From positions 44,206,001-44,270,000 of the forward strand of contig OZ024755.1 in the NCBI GenBank assembly GCA_964016885.1: a stretch of DNA of 64,000 nt. The letters run 5' to 3'. A model generated the notes under the pieces. It made no database searches. It had not been told where the DNA came from and was given only the letters and a program-made list of their open reading frames with translations. The translations under genes and the position numbers were made by a program. Source of the stretch: Eledone cirrhosa (taxonomy: Eukaryota). Shown here piece by piece: positions 45,801-61,029 of the stretch. The stretch's first letter is position 1. The number at the start of each line of letters is the position of its first letter.

Positions 45801-46559
45801 CTTGTACCACAGTTGACAGTACCAACATATACTGTGTACCACAGTTGACAGTACCAACGTATACTGTGTACCACAGTTGACAGTACAAACGTATACTGTG
45901 TACCACAGTTGACAATACCAACATATACTGTGTACCACAGTTGACAGTACCAACGTATACTGTGTACCACAGTTGACAATACCAACATATACTGTGTACC
46001 ACAGTTGACAGTACCAACATATACTGTATACCACAGTTGACAGTACCAACATATACTGTGTACCACAGTTGACAGAACCAACATATACTGTGTACCACAG
46101 TTGACATTACCAACATATACTGTATACCATAGTTGACAGTACCAACATATACTGTGTACCACTGTTGACAGTACCAACATATACCGTGTACCACAGTTGA
46201 CAGTACCAACATATACTGTGTATCACAGCTGACACTACCAACATATACTTGTACCTCAGTTGACAGTACTACCATATATTGTGTACCACCGTTGACAATA
46301 CCAACGTATACTGTGTACCACAGTTGACAGTACCAACGTATACTGTGTACCACAGTTGACAGTACCAACATATACTGTGTACCACAGTTGACAATACCAA
46401 CATATACTGTGTACCACAGTTGACAATACCAACACATACTGTGTACCACAGTTGACAGTACCAACATATACTGTTTACCACAGTTGACAGTACCAATGTA
46501 TACTGTGTACCACTGTTGACAGTACCAAAATATACTGTGTGCCACAGTTGACAGTACTA

Positions 46560-49500
46560 AGGGTATACTGTGTACCACACTTGACAGTACCAACATATGA
46601 CGTGTACCACAGTTGGCAGTACCATCATATACTGTGTACCACAGTTGACAGTACCAACATATACTGTGTACCACAGTTGACAGTACCAACATATACTGTG
46701 TACCATAGTTGACAGTACCAACGTATATTGTGTACCACAGTTGACAGTACCAACATACACCGTGTACGACAGTTGACAGTACCAACATATACTGTGTACC
46801 ACAGTTGAGAGTACCAACATAAACTGTGTACCATAGTTGACAGTACCAACATATACTGTGTACCACAGTTGACAGTACCAACATATACTGTGTACCACAG
46901 TTGACAGTACCAACATATACTGTGTACCACAGTTGACAGTACCAACATATACTGTGTACCACAGTTGACAGTACCAACATATACTGTGTACCACAGTTGA
47001 CAGTACTAACATATACTGTGTACTAGAGTTGACAGTACCAACATATACTGTGTACCACAGTTGACAGTACCAACATGTACTGTGTACGTCAGTTGACAGT
47101 ACCAACATATACTGTGTACCACAGTTGGCAGTACCAACATATAATGTGTACCTCAGTTGTCAGTACCAACATATACTGTGTACCACAGTTGAGAGTACCA
47201 ACGTATACTGTGTACCACAGTTGACAGTACCAACGTATACTGTGTACCACCGCTGACAGTACCAATATATACTGTGTAACAAAGTTGACAATACCAACAT
47301 ATAATGTGTACCACAGTTGACAGTACCAACGTATACTGTGTACCACTGTTGACAATACCAACATATACTGTGTACCACAGTTGACAGTACCAACATATAC
47401 AGTGTACCACAGTTGACAGTACCAACATATACTGTGTACCACAGTTCACAGTACCAACGTATACTGTGTACCACATTTGACAGTACCAACATATACTGTG
47501 TACCACAGTTGACAGTACCAACATATACTGTGTACCACTGTTGACAGTACCAACATATACCGTGTACCACAGTTGACAGTACCAACATATACTGTGTACC
47601 ACTGTTGACAGTACCAACATATACTGTGTACCACAGTTGACAGTACCAACATGTACCTTGTACCACAGTTGACAGTACCAACATATACTGTGTACCACAG
47701 TTGACAATACCAACATATACTGTGTACCACAGTTGAAAGTACCAACTTATACTTTGTACCACAGTTGACAGTACCAACATATACTGTGTACCACAGTTGA
47801 CAGTACCAACATATACTGTGTACGACAGTTGACAGTACCAACATATACTGTATACCACAGTTGACAGTACCAACATATACTGTGTACCACAGCTGACACT
47901 ACCAACATATACTTGTACCTCAGTTGACAGTACTACCATATATTGTGTACCACCGTTGACAATACCAACGTATACTGTGTACCACAGTTGACAGTACCAA
48001 CACATATAGTGTACCACAGTTGACAGTACCAACGTATACTGTGTACCACAGTTGCCAATGCCAACATATACTGTGTACCACAGTTGAGAGTACCAACATA
48101 TACTGTGTACCACCGCTGACAGTACCAATATATACTGTGTAACAAAGTTGACAATACCAACATATAATGTGTACCACAGTTGACAGTACCAATGTATACT
48201 GTGTACCACTGTTGACAGTACCAAAATATACTGTGTACCACAGTTGACAGTACCAACGTATACTGTGTACCACTGGTGACAGTACCAACATATAACGTGT
48301 ACCACAGTTGGCAGTACCATCATATACTGTGTACCACAGTTGACAGTACCAACATATACTGTGTACCACAGTTGACAGTACCAACATATACTCTGTACCA
48401 TAGCTGACATTACCAACGTATATTGTGTACCACAGTTGACAGTACCAACATACACCGTGTACGACAGTTGACAGTACCAACATATACTGTGTACCACATT
48501 TGAGAGTACCAACATAAACTGTGTACCACAGTTGACAGTACCAACATATACTGTGTACCACAGTTGACAGTACCAACATATACTGTATACCACAGTTGAC
48601 AGTACCAACACATACTGTGTACCACAGTTGACAGTACCAACATATACTGTGTACCACAGTTGACAGTACCAACATATACTGTGTACCAGAGTTGACAGTA
48701 CCAACATATACTGTGTACCACAGTTGACAGTACTAACATATACTCTGTACTACAGTTGACAGTACCAACATATACTGTGTACCACAGTTGACAGTACCAA
48801 CATGTACTGTGTACCACAGTTGACAGTACCAACATATACTGTGTACCACAGTTGGCAGTACCAACATATACTGTGTACCTCAGTTGACACTACGAACATA
48901 TACTGTGCACCACAGTGTACAGTACCAACGTATATTGTGTACCACAGTTGACAGTACCAACGTATGCTGTGTACCACAGTTGACCGTACCAACATATACT
49001 GTGTAACACAGTTGACAATACCAACATTATACTGTGTACCACAGTTGACAGTACCAACGTATACTGTGTACCACTGTTGACAGTACCAAGGGTATACTGT
49101 GTACCACACTTGACAGTACCAACATATAACGTGTACCACAGTTGGCAGTACCATCATATACTGTGTACCACAGTTGACAGTACCAACATATACTGTGTAG
49201 CACAGTTGACAGTACCAACATATACTGTGTACCATAGTTGACAGTACCAACGTATATTGTGTACCACAGTTGACAGTACCAACATACACCGTGTACGACA
49301 GTTGACAGTACAAACATATACTGTGTACCACAGTTGAGAGTACCAACATAAACTGTGTACCATAGTTGACAGTACCAACATATACTGTGTACCACAGTTG
49401 ACAGTACCAACATATACTGTGTACCACAGTTGACAGTACCAACATATACTGTATACCACAGTTGACAGTACCAACATATACTGTGTACCACAGTTGACAG

Positions 49501-51830
49501 TACTAACATATACTGTGTACCACAGTTGACAGTACCAACATATACTGTGTACCACAGTTGACAGTACTAACATATACTGTGTACTACAGTTGACAGTACC
49601 AACATATACTGTGTACCACAGTTAACAGTACCAACATGTACTGTGTACCACAGTTGACAGTACCAACATATACTGTGTACCACAGTTGGCAGTACCAACA
49701 TATAATGTGTACCTCAGTTGTCAGTACCAACATATACTGTGTACCACAGTTGACAGTACCAACGTATACTGTGTACCACAGTTGACAGTACCAACGTATA
49801 CTGTGTACCACCGCTGACAGTACCAATATATACTGTGTAACACAGTTGACAATACCAACATATAATGTGTACCACAGTTGACAGTACCAACGTATACTGT
49901 GTACCATTGTTGACAATACTAACATATACTGTGTACCACAGTTGACAGTACCAACATATACAGTGTACCACAGTTGACAGTACCAACATATACTGTGTAC
50001 CACAGTTCACAGTACCAACGTATACTGTGTACCACTTTTGACAGTACCAACATATACTGTGTACCACAGTTCACAGTACCAACATATACTGTGTACCACT
50101 GTTGACATTATCAACATATAGCGTTTCCCACAGTTGACAGTACCAACATATACAATGTACCTCTGTTGACAGTACCAACATATACTGTGTACCACAGTTG
50201 ACAGTACCAACATGTACCGTGTACCACAGTTGACAGTACCAACGTATACTGTGTACCACAGTTGACAATACCAACATATACTGTGTACCACAGTTGAAAG
50301 TACCAACGTATACTTTGTACCACAGTTGACAGTACCAACATAGACTGTGTACCACAGTTGACAGTACCAACGTATACTGTGTACCAGAGTTGACAATACC
50401 AACATATACTGTGTACCACAGTTGACAGTACCAACATATACTGTATACCACAGTTGACAGAACCAACATATACAGTGTACCACAGTTGACAGTACCAACA
50501 TATACTGTGTACCACAGTTGACAGTACCAACATATACTGTATACAACAGTTGACAGTACCAACATATACTGTGTACCACTGTTGACAGTACCAACATATA
50601 CCGTGTACCACAGTTGACAGTACCAACATATACTGTGTACCACAGCTGACACTACCAACATATACTTGTACCTCAGTTGACAGTACTACCATATATTGTG
50701 TACCACCGTTGACAATACCAACGTATACTGTGTACCACAGTTGACAGTACCAACACATATAGTGTACCACAGTTGACAGTACCAACGTATACTGTGTACC
50801 ACAGTTGCCAATGCCAACATATACTGTGTACCACAGTTGAGAGTACCAACATATACTGTGTACCACAGTTGACAGTACCAACATATACTGTGTACCACAG
50901 TTGACAGTACCAACATATACTGTGTACCACAGTTGACAGTACCAATGTATACTGTGTACCACTGTTGACAGTACCAAAATATACTGTGTACCACAGTTGA
51001 CAGTACCAATGTATACTGTGTACCACACTTGACAGTTCCAACATATAACGTGTACCACAGTTGGCAGTACCATCATATACTGTGTACCACAGTTGACAAT
51101 ACCAACATATACTGTGTACCACAGTTGACAGTACCAACATATACTGTGTACCATAGCTGACATTACCAACGTATATTGTGTACCACAGTTGAGAGTACCA
51201 ACATACACCGTGTACGACAGTTGACAGTACCAACATTTACTGTGTACCACAGTTGAGAGTACCAACATAAACTGTGTACCACAGTTGACAGTACCAACAT
51301 ATACTGTGTACCACAGTTGACAGTACCAACATATACTGTATACCAGAGTTGACAGTACCAACACATACAGTGTACCACAGTTGACAGTACCAACATATAC
51401 TGTGTACCACAGTTGACAGTACCAACATATACTGTGTACCAGAGTTGACAGTACCAACATATACTGTGTACCACAGTTGACAGTACTAACATATACTGTG
51501 TACCACAGTTGTCAGTACCAACATGTACTGTGTACCACAGTTGACAGTACCAACATATACTGTGTACCACAGTTGGCAGTACCAACATATACTGTGTACC
51601 TCAGTTGACAGTACCAACATATACTGTGTACCACAGTTGACAGTACCAACGTATATTGTGTACCACAGTTGACAGTACCAACGTATACTGTGTACCACAG
51701 TTGACCGTACCAACATATACTGTGTAACACAGTTGACAATACCAACATTATAATGTGTACCACAGTTGACAGTACCAACGTATACTGTGTACCACTGTTG
51801 ACAATACCAACATATACTGTGTACCACAGT
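46560..51830 (+). repeat. Third, partial and dispersed copy of the domain B higher-order unit
   Basis: ORF pairs 28531..29013 / 49027..49509, 30190..30513 / 50686..51009 and 30667..31092 / 51163..51588 are all offset by 20496. The rare variant TATAGCGTTTCCCACAG is shared at ~16887, 29621 and 50117. Confidence 0.8.
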
Positions 51831-54800
51831 CGACAGAACCAACATATACTGTGTACCACAGTTGACAGTACCAACATATTCTGTGTACCACAGTTGACAG
51901 TACCAACATGTACCGTGAACCACAGTAGACAGTACCAACGTATACTGTGTACCACAGTTGAGAGTACCAACGTATAGTGTGTACCACAGTTGACAGTACC
52001 AACATATACTGTGTACCACAGTTCACAGTACCAACGTATACTGTGTACCACATTTGACAGTACCAACATATACTGTGTACCACTGTTGAAAGTACCAACA
52101 TATACCGTGTAACACAGTTGACAGTACCAACATATACTGTGTACCACTGTTGACAGTACCAACATATACCTTGTACCAGAGTTCACAGTACCAACGTATA
52201 CTGTTTATGTTACCACAGTTGACAGTACCAACATATACTGTGTACCACAGTTGAGACTACCAACATATACTGGGTACCACTGTTGACAGTAACAACATAT
52301 ACTATGTACCACAGCTGACAGTACCAACATATACTGTGTACCACAGTTGACAGTACCAACGTATACTGTGTACCACAGTTGACAGTACCAACGTATACAG
52401 GGTACCACATTTGACACTACCAACATATACTGTGTACCACAGTTGACAGTACCAACATATACTGTATACCACAGTTGACAGTACCGACATATACTGTGTA
52501 CCACAGTTGACAATACCAACATATACTTTGTACCACGGTTGACAGTACCAACGTATACTGTGTACCACTGTTGACAATATCATCATATACTGTGTACCAC
52601 AGTTGACATTACCAACATATACAGTGTACCACAGTTGACAGTACCAACATATACTGTGTACCACAGTTGACAGTACCAACATATACTGTGTACCACAGTT
52701 GACAGTACCAACAGGTACCGTGAACCATAGTTGACAGTACCAACGTATACTGTGTACCACAGTTGAGAGTACCAGCGTATAGTGTGTATCACACTTGACA
52801 GTACCAACATATACTGTGTACCACAGTTGACAGTATCAACATATACTGTGTACCATAGTTGACAGTACCAACGTATATTGTGTACCACAGTTGACAGTAC
52901 CAACATACACCGTGTACGACAGTTGACAGTACCAACATATACTGTGTACCACATTTGAGAGTACCAACATAAACTGTGTACCACAGTTGACAGTACCAAC
53001 ATATACTGTGTACCACAGTTGACAGTACCAACATATACTGTGTACCACAGTTGACAGTACCAACATATACTGTATACCACAGTTGACAGTACCAACATAT
53101 ACTGTGTACCACAGTTGACAGTACCAACATATACTGTGTACCACAGTTGACAGTACCAACATATACTGTGTACCACAGTTGACAGTACTAACATATACTG
53201 TGTGCTATAGTTGACAGTACCAACATATACTGTGTAACAGAGTTGACAGTACCAACATGTACTGTGTACCACAGTTGACAGTACCAAATATATACTGTGT
53301 ACCACAGTTGGCAGTACCAACATATAATGCGTACCTCAGTTGACAGAACCAACATATACTGTGTACCACAGTTGACAGTACCAACGTATACTGTGTACCA
53401 CAGTTGACAGTACCAACGTTTACTGTGTACCACAGTTGACAGTACCAATATATACTGTGTAACACAGTTGACAATACCAACATATAATGTGTACCATAGT
53501 TGACAGTACCAACGTATACTGTGAACCACTGTTGGCAATACCAACATATACTGTGTACCACAGTTGACAGTACCAACATATACAGTGTACCACAGTTGAC
53601 AGTACCAACATATACTGTGTACCACAGTTGACAGTACCAACATATACTGTATACCACAGTTGACAGTACCAACATGTACCGTGAACCACAGTTGACAGTA
53701 CCAACGTATACTGTGTACCACAGTTGAGAGTACCAACGTATAGTGTGTACCACAGTTGACAGTACCAACATATACTGTGTACCACAGTTGACAGTACCAA
53801 CATATAGTGTGTACCACAGTTCACAGTACCAACGTATACTGTGTACCACATTTGACAGTACCAACATATAATGTGTACCACAGTTGACAGTACCAACATA
53901 TACGGTGTACCACTGTTGACAGTACCAACATATACCGTGTACCAGATTTGACAGTACCAACATATTCTGTGTACCACTGTTCACAGTACCAACATATACT
54001 GTGTACCACAGTTGAAAGTACCAACGTATACTGTGTACCACAGTTGACAACACCAACATATACTGTGTACCACAGTTGACAGTACCAACATATACTGTAT
54101 ACCACAGTTGACAGTACCAACATAGACTGTGTACCACAGTTGACAGTACCAACATTTACTGTGTACCACAGTTGACAGTACCAACATATACTGTATACCA
54201 CAGTTGAAAGTACCAACATATACTGTGTACCACTGTTGAAAGAACCAACATATACTGTGTACCACAGTTGACAGTACCAACATATACTGTGTACCACAGC
54301 TGACACTACCAACATATACTTGTACCTCAGTTAACAGTACTACCATATATTGTGTACCACCGTTGACAATACCAACGTATACTGTGAACCACAGTTGACA
54401 ATACCAACATATACTGTGTACCACAGTTGACAATACCAGCACATATAGTGTACCACAGTTGACAGTACCAACGTATACTGTGTACCACAGTTGCCAATGC
54501 CAACATATACTGTGTACCACAGTTGAGAGTACCAACATATACTGTGTACCACAGTTGACAGTACCAACATATACTGTGTACCACAGTTGACAGTACCAAC
54601 ATATACTGTGTACCACGGTTGACAGTACCAACATATACTGTGTACCACAGTTGACAGTACCAACATATACTGTGTACCATAGTTGACATTACCAACGTAT
54701 ATTGTGTACCACAGTTGACAGTACCTACATGTACTGTGTACCACAGTTGACAGTACCAACATATACTGTGTATCACAGTTGACAGTACCAACGTATACTG

Positions 54801-57800
54801 TGTACCACAGTTGACAGTACCAACATATAACGTGTACCACAGTTGGCAGTACCATCATATACTTTGTACCACAGTTGACAGTACCAACATATACTGTGTA
54901 CCACAGTTGACAGTACCAACATATACTGTGTACCATAGTTGACATTACCAACGTATATTGTGTACCACAGTTGACAGTACCAACATACACCGTGTACAAG
55001 AGTTGACAGTACCAACATATACTGCGTACCACAGTTGCGAGTACCAACATAAACTGTGTACCACAGTTGACAGTACCAACATATACTGTGTACCACAGTT
55101 GACAGTACCAACATATACTGTGTACGACAGTTGACAGTACCAACATATACTGTATACCACAGTTGACAGTACCAACACATACTGTGTACCACAGTTGACA
55201 GTACCAACATATACTGTGTACCACAGTTGACAGTACCAACATATACTGTGTACCACAGTTGACAGTACCAACATATATAGTGTACCACAGTTGACAGTAC
55301 TAACATATACTGTGTACTACAGTTGACAGTACCAACATATACTGTGTACCACAGTTGAGAGTACCAACATGTACTGTGTACCACAGTTGACAGTACCAAC
55401 ATATACTGTGTACCACAGTTGGCAGTACCAACATATACAGTGTACCACAATTGACAGTACCAACATATACTGTGTACCACAGTTGAGAGTACCAACATGT
55501 ACCGTGAACCACAGTTGACAGTACCAACTATACTGTGTACCACAGTTGAGAGTACCAACGTATACTGTGTACCACAGTTGACAGTACCAACATATACTGT
55601 GTACCACAGTTGACAGTACCAACATATACTGTGTACCACAGTTGACAGTACCAACATATACTGTGTACCATAGTTGACAGTACCAACGTATATAGTGTAC
55701 CACAGTTGAGAGTACCAACATACAACGTGTACGACAGTTGACAGTAAAAACATATACTGTGTACCACAGTTGAGAGTACCAACATAAACTGTGTACCACA
55801 GTTGACAGTACCAACATATACTGTGTACCACAGTTGACAGTACCAACATATACTGTGTACCACAGTTGACAGTACCAACATATACTGTATACCACAGTTG
55901 ACAGTACCAACATATACTGTGTACCACAGTTGACAGTACCAACATATACTGTGTACCACAGTTGACAGTACCAACATATACTGTGTACCACAGTTGACAG
56001 TACTAACATATACTGTGTACTAGAGTTGACAGTACCAACATATACTGTGTACCACAGTTGACAGTACCAACATATACTGTGTACCACAGTTGGCAGTACC
56101 AACATATAATGTGTACCTCAGTTGACAGTACCAACATATACTGTGTACCACAGTTGACAGTACCAACGTATACTGTGTACCACAGTTGACAGTACCAACG
56201 TATACTATGTACCACAGTTGGCAGTACCAATATATAATGTGTACCTCAGTTGACAGTACCAATATATACTGTGTAACACAGTTGACAATACCAACATATA
56301 ATGTGTACCACAGTTGACAGTACCAACGTATACTGTGAACCACTGTTGGCAATACCAACATATACTGTGTACCACAGTTGACAGAACCAACATATACAGT
56401 GTACCACAGTTGACAGTACCAACATATACTGTGTACCACAGTTGACAGTACCAACATATACTGTGTACCACAGTTGACAGTACCAACATGTACCGTGAAC
56501 CACAGTTGACAGTACCAACGTATACTGTGTACCACAGTTGAGAGTACCAACGTATAGTGTGTACCATAGTTGACAGTACCAACATATACTGTGTACCACA
56601 GTTGACAGTACCAACATATACTGTGTACCACAGTTCACAGTACCAACGTATACTGTGTACCACATTTGACAGTACGAACAACATATACTGTGTACCACAG
56701 TTGACAGTACCAACATATACTGTGTACCACTTTTGACAGTACCAACATATACCGTGTATCACATTTGACAGTACCAACATGTACTGTGTACCACTGTTGA
56801 CAGTACCAACATATACTGTGTACCACAGTTGACAGTACCAACATGTACCGTGTACCACAGTTGACAGTACCAACGTATACTGTGTACCACAGTTGACAAT
56901 ACCAACATATACTGTGTACCACATTTGACAGTACCAACATATACTGTGTACCACAGTTGAAAGTACCAACGTATACTGTGTACCACAGTTGACAACACCA
57001 ACATATACTGTGTACCACAGTTGACAGTACCAACATATACTGTATACCACAGTTGACAGTACCAACATATACTGTGTACCACTGTTGACAGTACCAACAT
57101 ATACAGTGTACCACAGTTGACAGTACCAACATATACTGTGTACCACAGCTGACACTACCAACATATACTTGTACCTCAGTTGACAGTACTACCATATATT
57201 GTGTACCACCGTTGACAATACCAACGTATACTGTGTACCACAGTTGACAGTACCAAAGTATACTGTGCACCACAGTTGACAGTACCAACATATACTGTGT
57301 ACCACAGTTGACAATACCAACATATACTGTGTACCACAGTTGACAATACCAACACATATAGTGTACCACAGTTGACAATACCAACACATATAGTGTACCA
57401 CAGTTGACAGTACCAACGTATACTGTGTACCACAGTTGCCAATGCCAACATATACTGTGTACCACAGTTGAGAGTACCAACATATACTGTGTACCACAGT
57501 TGACAGTACCAACATATACTGTGTACCACAGTTGACAATACCAACATATACTGTGTACCACAGTTGACAATACCAACACATATAGTGTACCACATTTGAC
57601 AGTACCAACGTATACTGTGTACCACAGTTGCCAATGCCAACATATACTGTGTACCACAGTTGAGAGTACCAACATATACTGTGTACCACAGTTGACAGTA
57701 CCAACATATACTGTGTACCACAGTTGACAATACCAACATATACTGTGTACCACAGTTGACAGTACCAACATATACTGTGTACCCTAGTTGACATTACCAA

Positions 57801-60800
57801 CGTATATTGTGTACCACAGTTGACAGTACCAACATGTACTGTGTACCACAGTTGACAGTACCAACGTATACTGTGTACCACAGTTGACAGTACCAACGTA
57901 TACTGTGTACCACAGTTGACAGTACCAACATATAACGTGTACCACAGTTGGCAGTACCATCATATACTGTGTACCACAGTTGACAGTACCAACATATATT
58001 GTGTACCACAGTTGACAGTACCAACATATACTGTGTACCATAGTTGACATTACCAACGTATATTGTGTACCACAGTTGACAGTACCAACATACACCGTGT
58101 ACAACAGTTGCAGGACCAACATATACTGTGTACCACAGTTGCGAGTACCAACATAAACTGTGTACCACAGTTGACAGTACCAACATATACTGTGTACCAC
58201 AGTTGACAGTACCAACATATACTGTATACCACAGTTGACAGTACCAACATATACTGTGTACCACAGTTGACAGTACCAACATATACTGTGTACCACAGTT
58301 GACAGTACCAACATATACTGTGTACCACAGTTGACAGTACTAACATATACTGTGTACTACAGTTGACAGTACCAACATATACTGTGTACCACAGTTGACA
58401 GTACCAACATGTACTGTGTACCACAGTTGACAGTACCAACATATACTGTGTACCACAGTTGGCAGTACCAACATATACAGTGTACCACAGTTGACAGTAC
58501 CAACATATACTGTGTACCACATTTGACAGTACCAACATATACTGTGTACCACAGTTGACAGTACCAACATGTACCGTGAACCACATTTGACAGTACCAAC
58601 ATATACTGTGTACCACAGTTGAGAGTACCAACGTATAGTGTGTACCACAGTTGACAGTACCAACATATACTGTGTACCACAGTTGACAGTACCAACATAT
58701 ACTGTGTACCACAGTTCACAGTACCAAAGTATACAGTGTACCACATTTGACAGTACCAACGTATACTGTGTACCACAGTTGACAATACCAACATATACTG
58801 TGTACCACAGTTGACAGTACCAACATATACTGTGTACCACAGTTGACAGTACCAACGTATACTGTGTACCACAGTTGACAGTACCAACGTATACTGGGTA
58901 CCACATTTGACAGTACCAACATATACTGTGTACCACAGTTGACAGTACCAACGTATACTGTGTACCACAATTGACGATACCAACATATACTGTGTACCAC
59001 AGTTGACAGTACCAACATATACTGTATACCACAGTTGACAGTACCGACATATACTGTGTACCACAGTTGACAATACCAACATATACTTTGTACCACGGTT
59101 GACAGTACCAATGTATACTGTGTACCACAGTTGACAGTACCAACATATACTGTGTACCACAGTTGACAGTACCAACATATACTGTGTACCATAGTTGACA
59201 TTACCAACGTATATTGTGTTCCACAGTTGACAGTACCAACATGTAGTGTGTACCACATTTGACAGTACCAACGTATACTGTGTACCACAGTTGACAGTAC
59301 CAACGTATACTGTGTACCACAGTTGACAGTACCAACATATAACGTGTACCACAGTTGGCAGTACCATCATATACTGTGTACCACAGTTGACAGTACCAAC
59401 ATATATTGTGTACCACAGTTGACAGTACCAACATATACTGTGTACCATAGTTGACATTACCAACGTATATTGTGTACCACAGTTGACAGTACCAACATAT
59501 CCTGTGTACCTCAGTTGACAGTACCAACATATACTGTATACCACAGTTGACAGTACCAACATATAATGTGTACCACTGTTGACAGTACCAATATATACCG
59601 TGTACCACAGTTGACAGTACCAACATATACTCTGTACCACAGCTGACACTACCAACATATACTTGTACCTCAATTGACAGTACTACCATATATTGTGTAC
59701 CACCGTTGACAATACCAACGTATACTGTGTACCACAGTTGACAGTACCAACGTATACTGTGCACCACAGTTGACAGTACCGACATATACTGTGTACCACA
59801 GTTGACAATACCAACATATACTTTGTACCACGGTTGACAGTACCAGCGTATACTGTGTACCACTGTTGACAATATCAACATATACTGTGTACCACAGTTG
59901 ACATTACCAACATATACAGTGTACCACAGTTGACAGTAGCAACATATACTGTGTACCACAGTTGACAGTACCAACATATACTGTGTACCACAGTTGACAG
60001 TACCAACATATACTGTGTACCATAGTTGATAGTACCAACGTATATTGTGTACCACAGTTAAGAGTACCAACATACACCGTGTACGACAGTTGACAGTAAA
60101 AACATATACTGTGTACCACAGTTGAATGTACCAGAGTATAGTGTGTACCACACTTGACAGTCCCAACATATTCTGTATACCACAGTTGACAGTACCAACA
60201 TATACAGTGTACCACTGTTGACAGTACCAACATATACCGTGTACCACAGTTGACAGTACCAACATATACTGTGTACCACAGTTGAGACTACCAACATATA
60301 CTGGGTACGACTGTTGACAGTAACAACATATACTATGTACCACAGTTGACAGTACCAACATATACTGTGTACCACAGTTGACAGTACCAACCTATACTGT
60401 GTACCACAGTTGACGATACCAACATATACTGTGTACCACAGTTGACAGTACCAACATATACTGTATACCACAGTTGACAGTACCGACATATACTGTGTAC
60501 CACAGTTGACAATACCAACATATACTTTGTACCACGGTTGACAGTACCAACGTATACTGTGTACCACTGTTGACAATATCAACATATACTGTGTACCACA
60601 GTTGACATTACCAACATATACAGTGTACCACAGTTGACAGTAGCAACATATACTGTGTACCACAGTTGACAGTACCAACATATACTGTGTACCACAGTTG
60701 ACAGTACCAACATATACTGTGTACCATAGTTGATAGTACCAACGTATATTGTGTACCACAGTTGAGAGTACCAACATACACCGTGTACGACAGTTGACAG

Positions 60801-61029
60801 TAAAAACATATACTGTGTACCACAGTTGAGAGTACCAACATAAACTGTGTACCACAGTTGACAGTACCAACATATACTGTGTACCACAGTTGACAGTACC
60901 AACATATACTGTGTACCACAGTTGACAGTACCAACATATACTGTGTACCACAGTTGACAGTACTAACATATACTGTGTACTACAGTTGACAGTACCAACA
61001 TATATTGTGTACCACAGTTGACAGTACCA

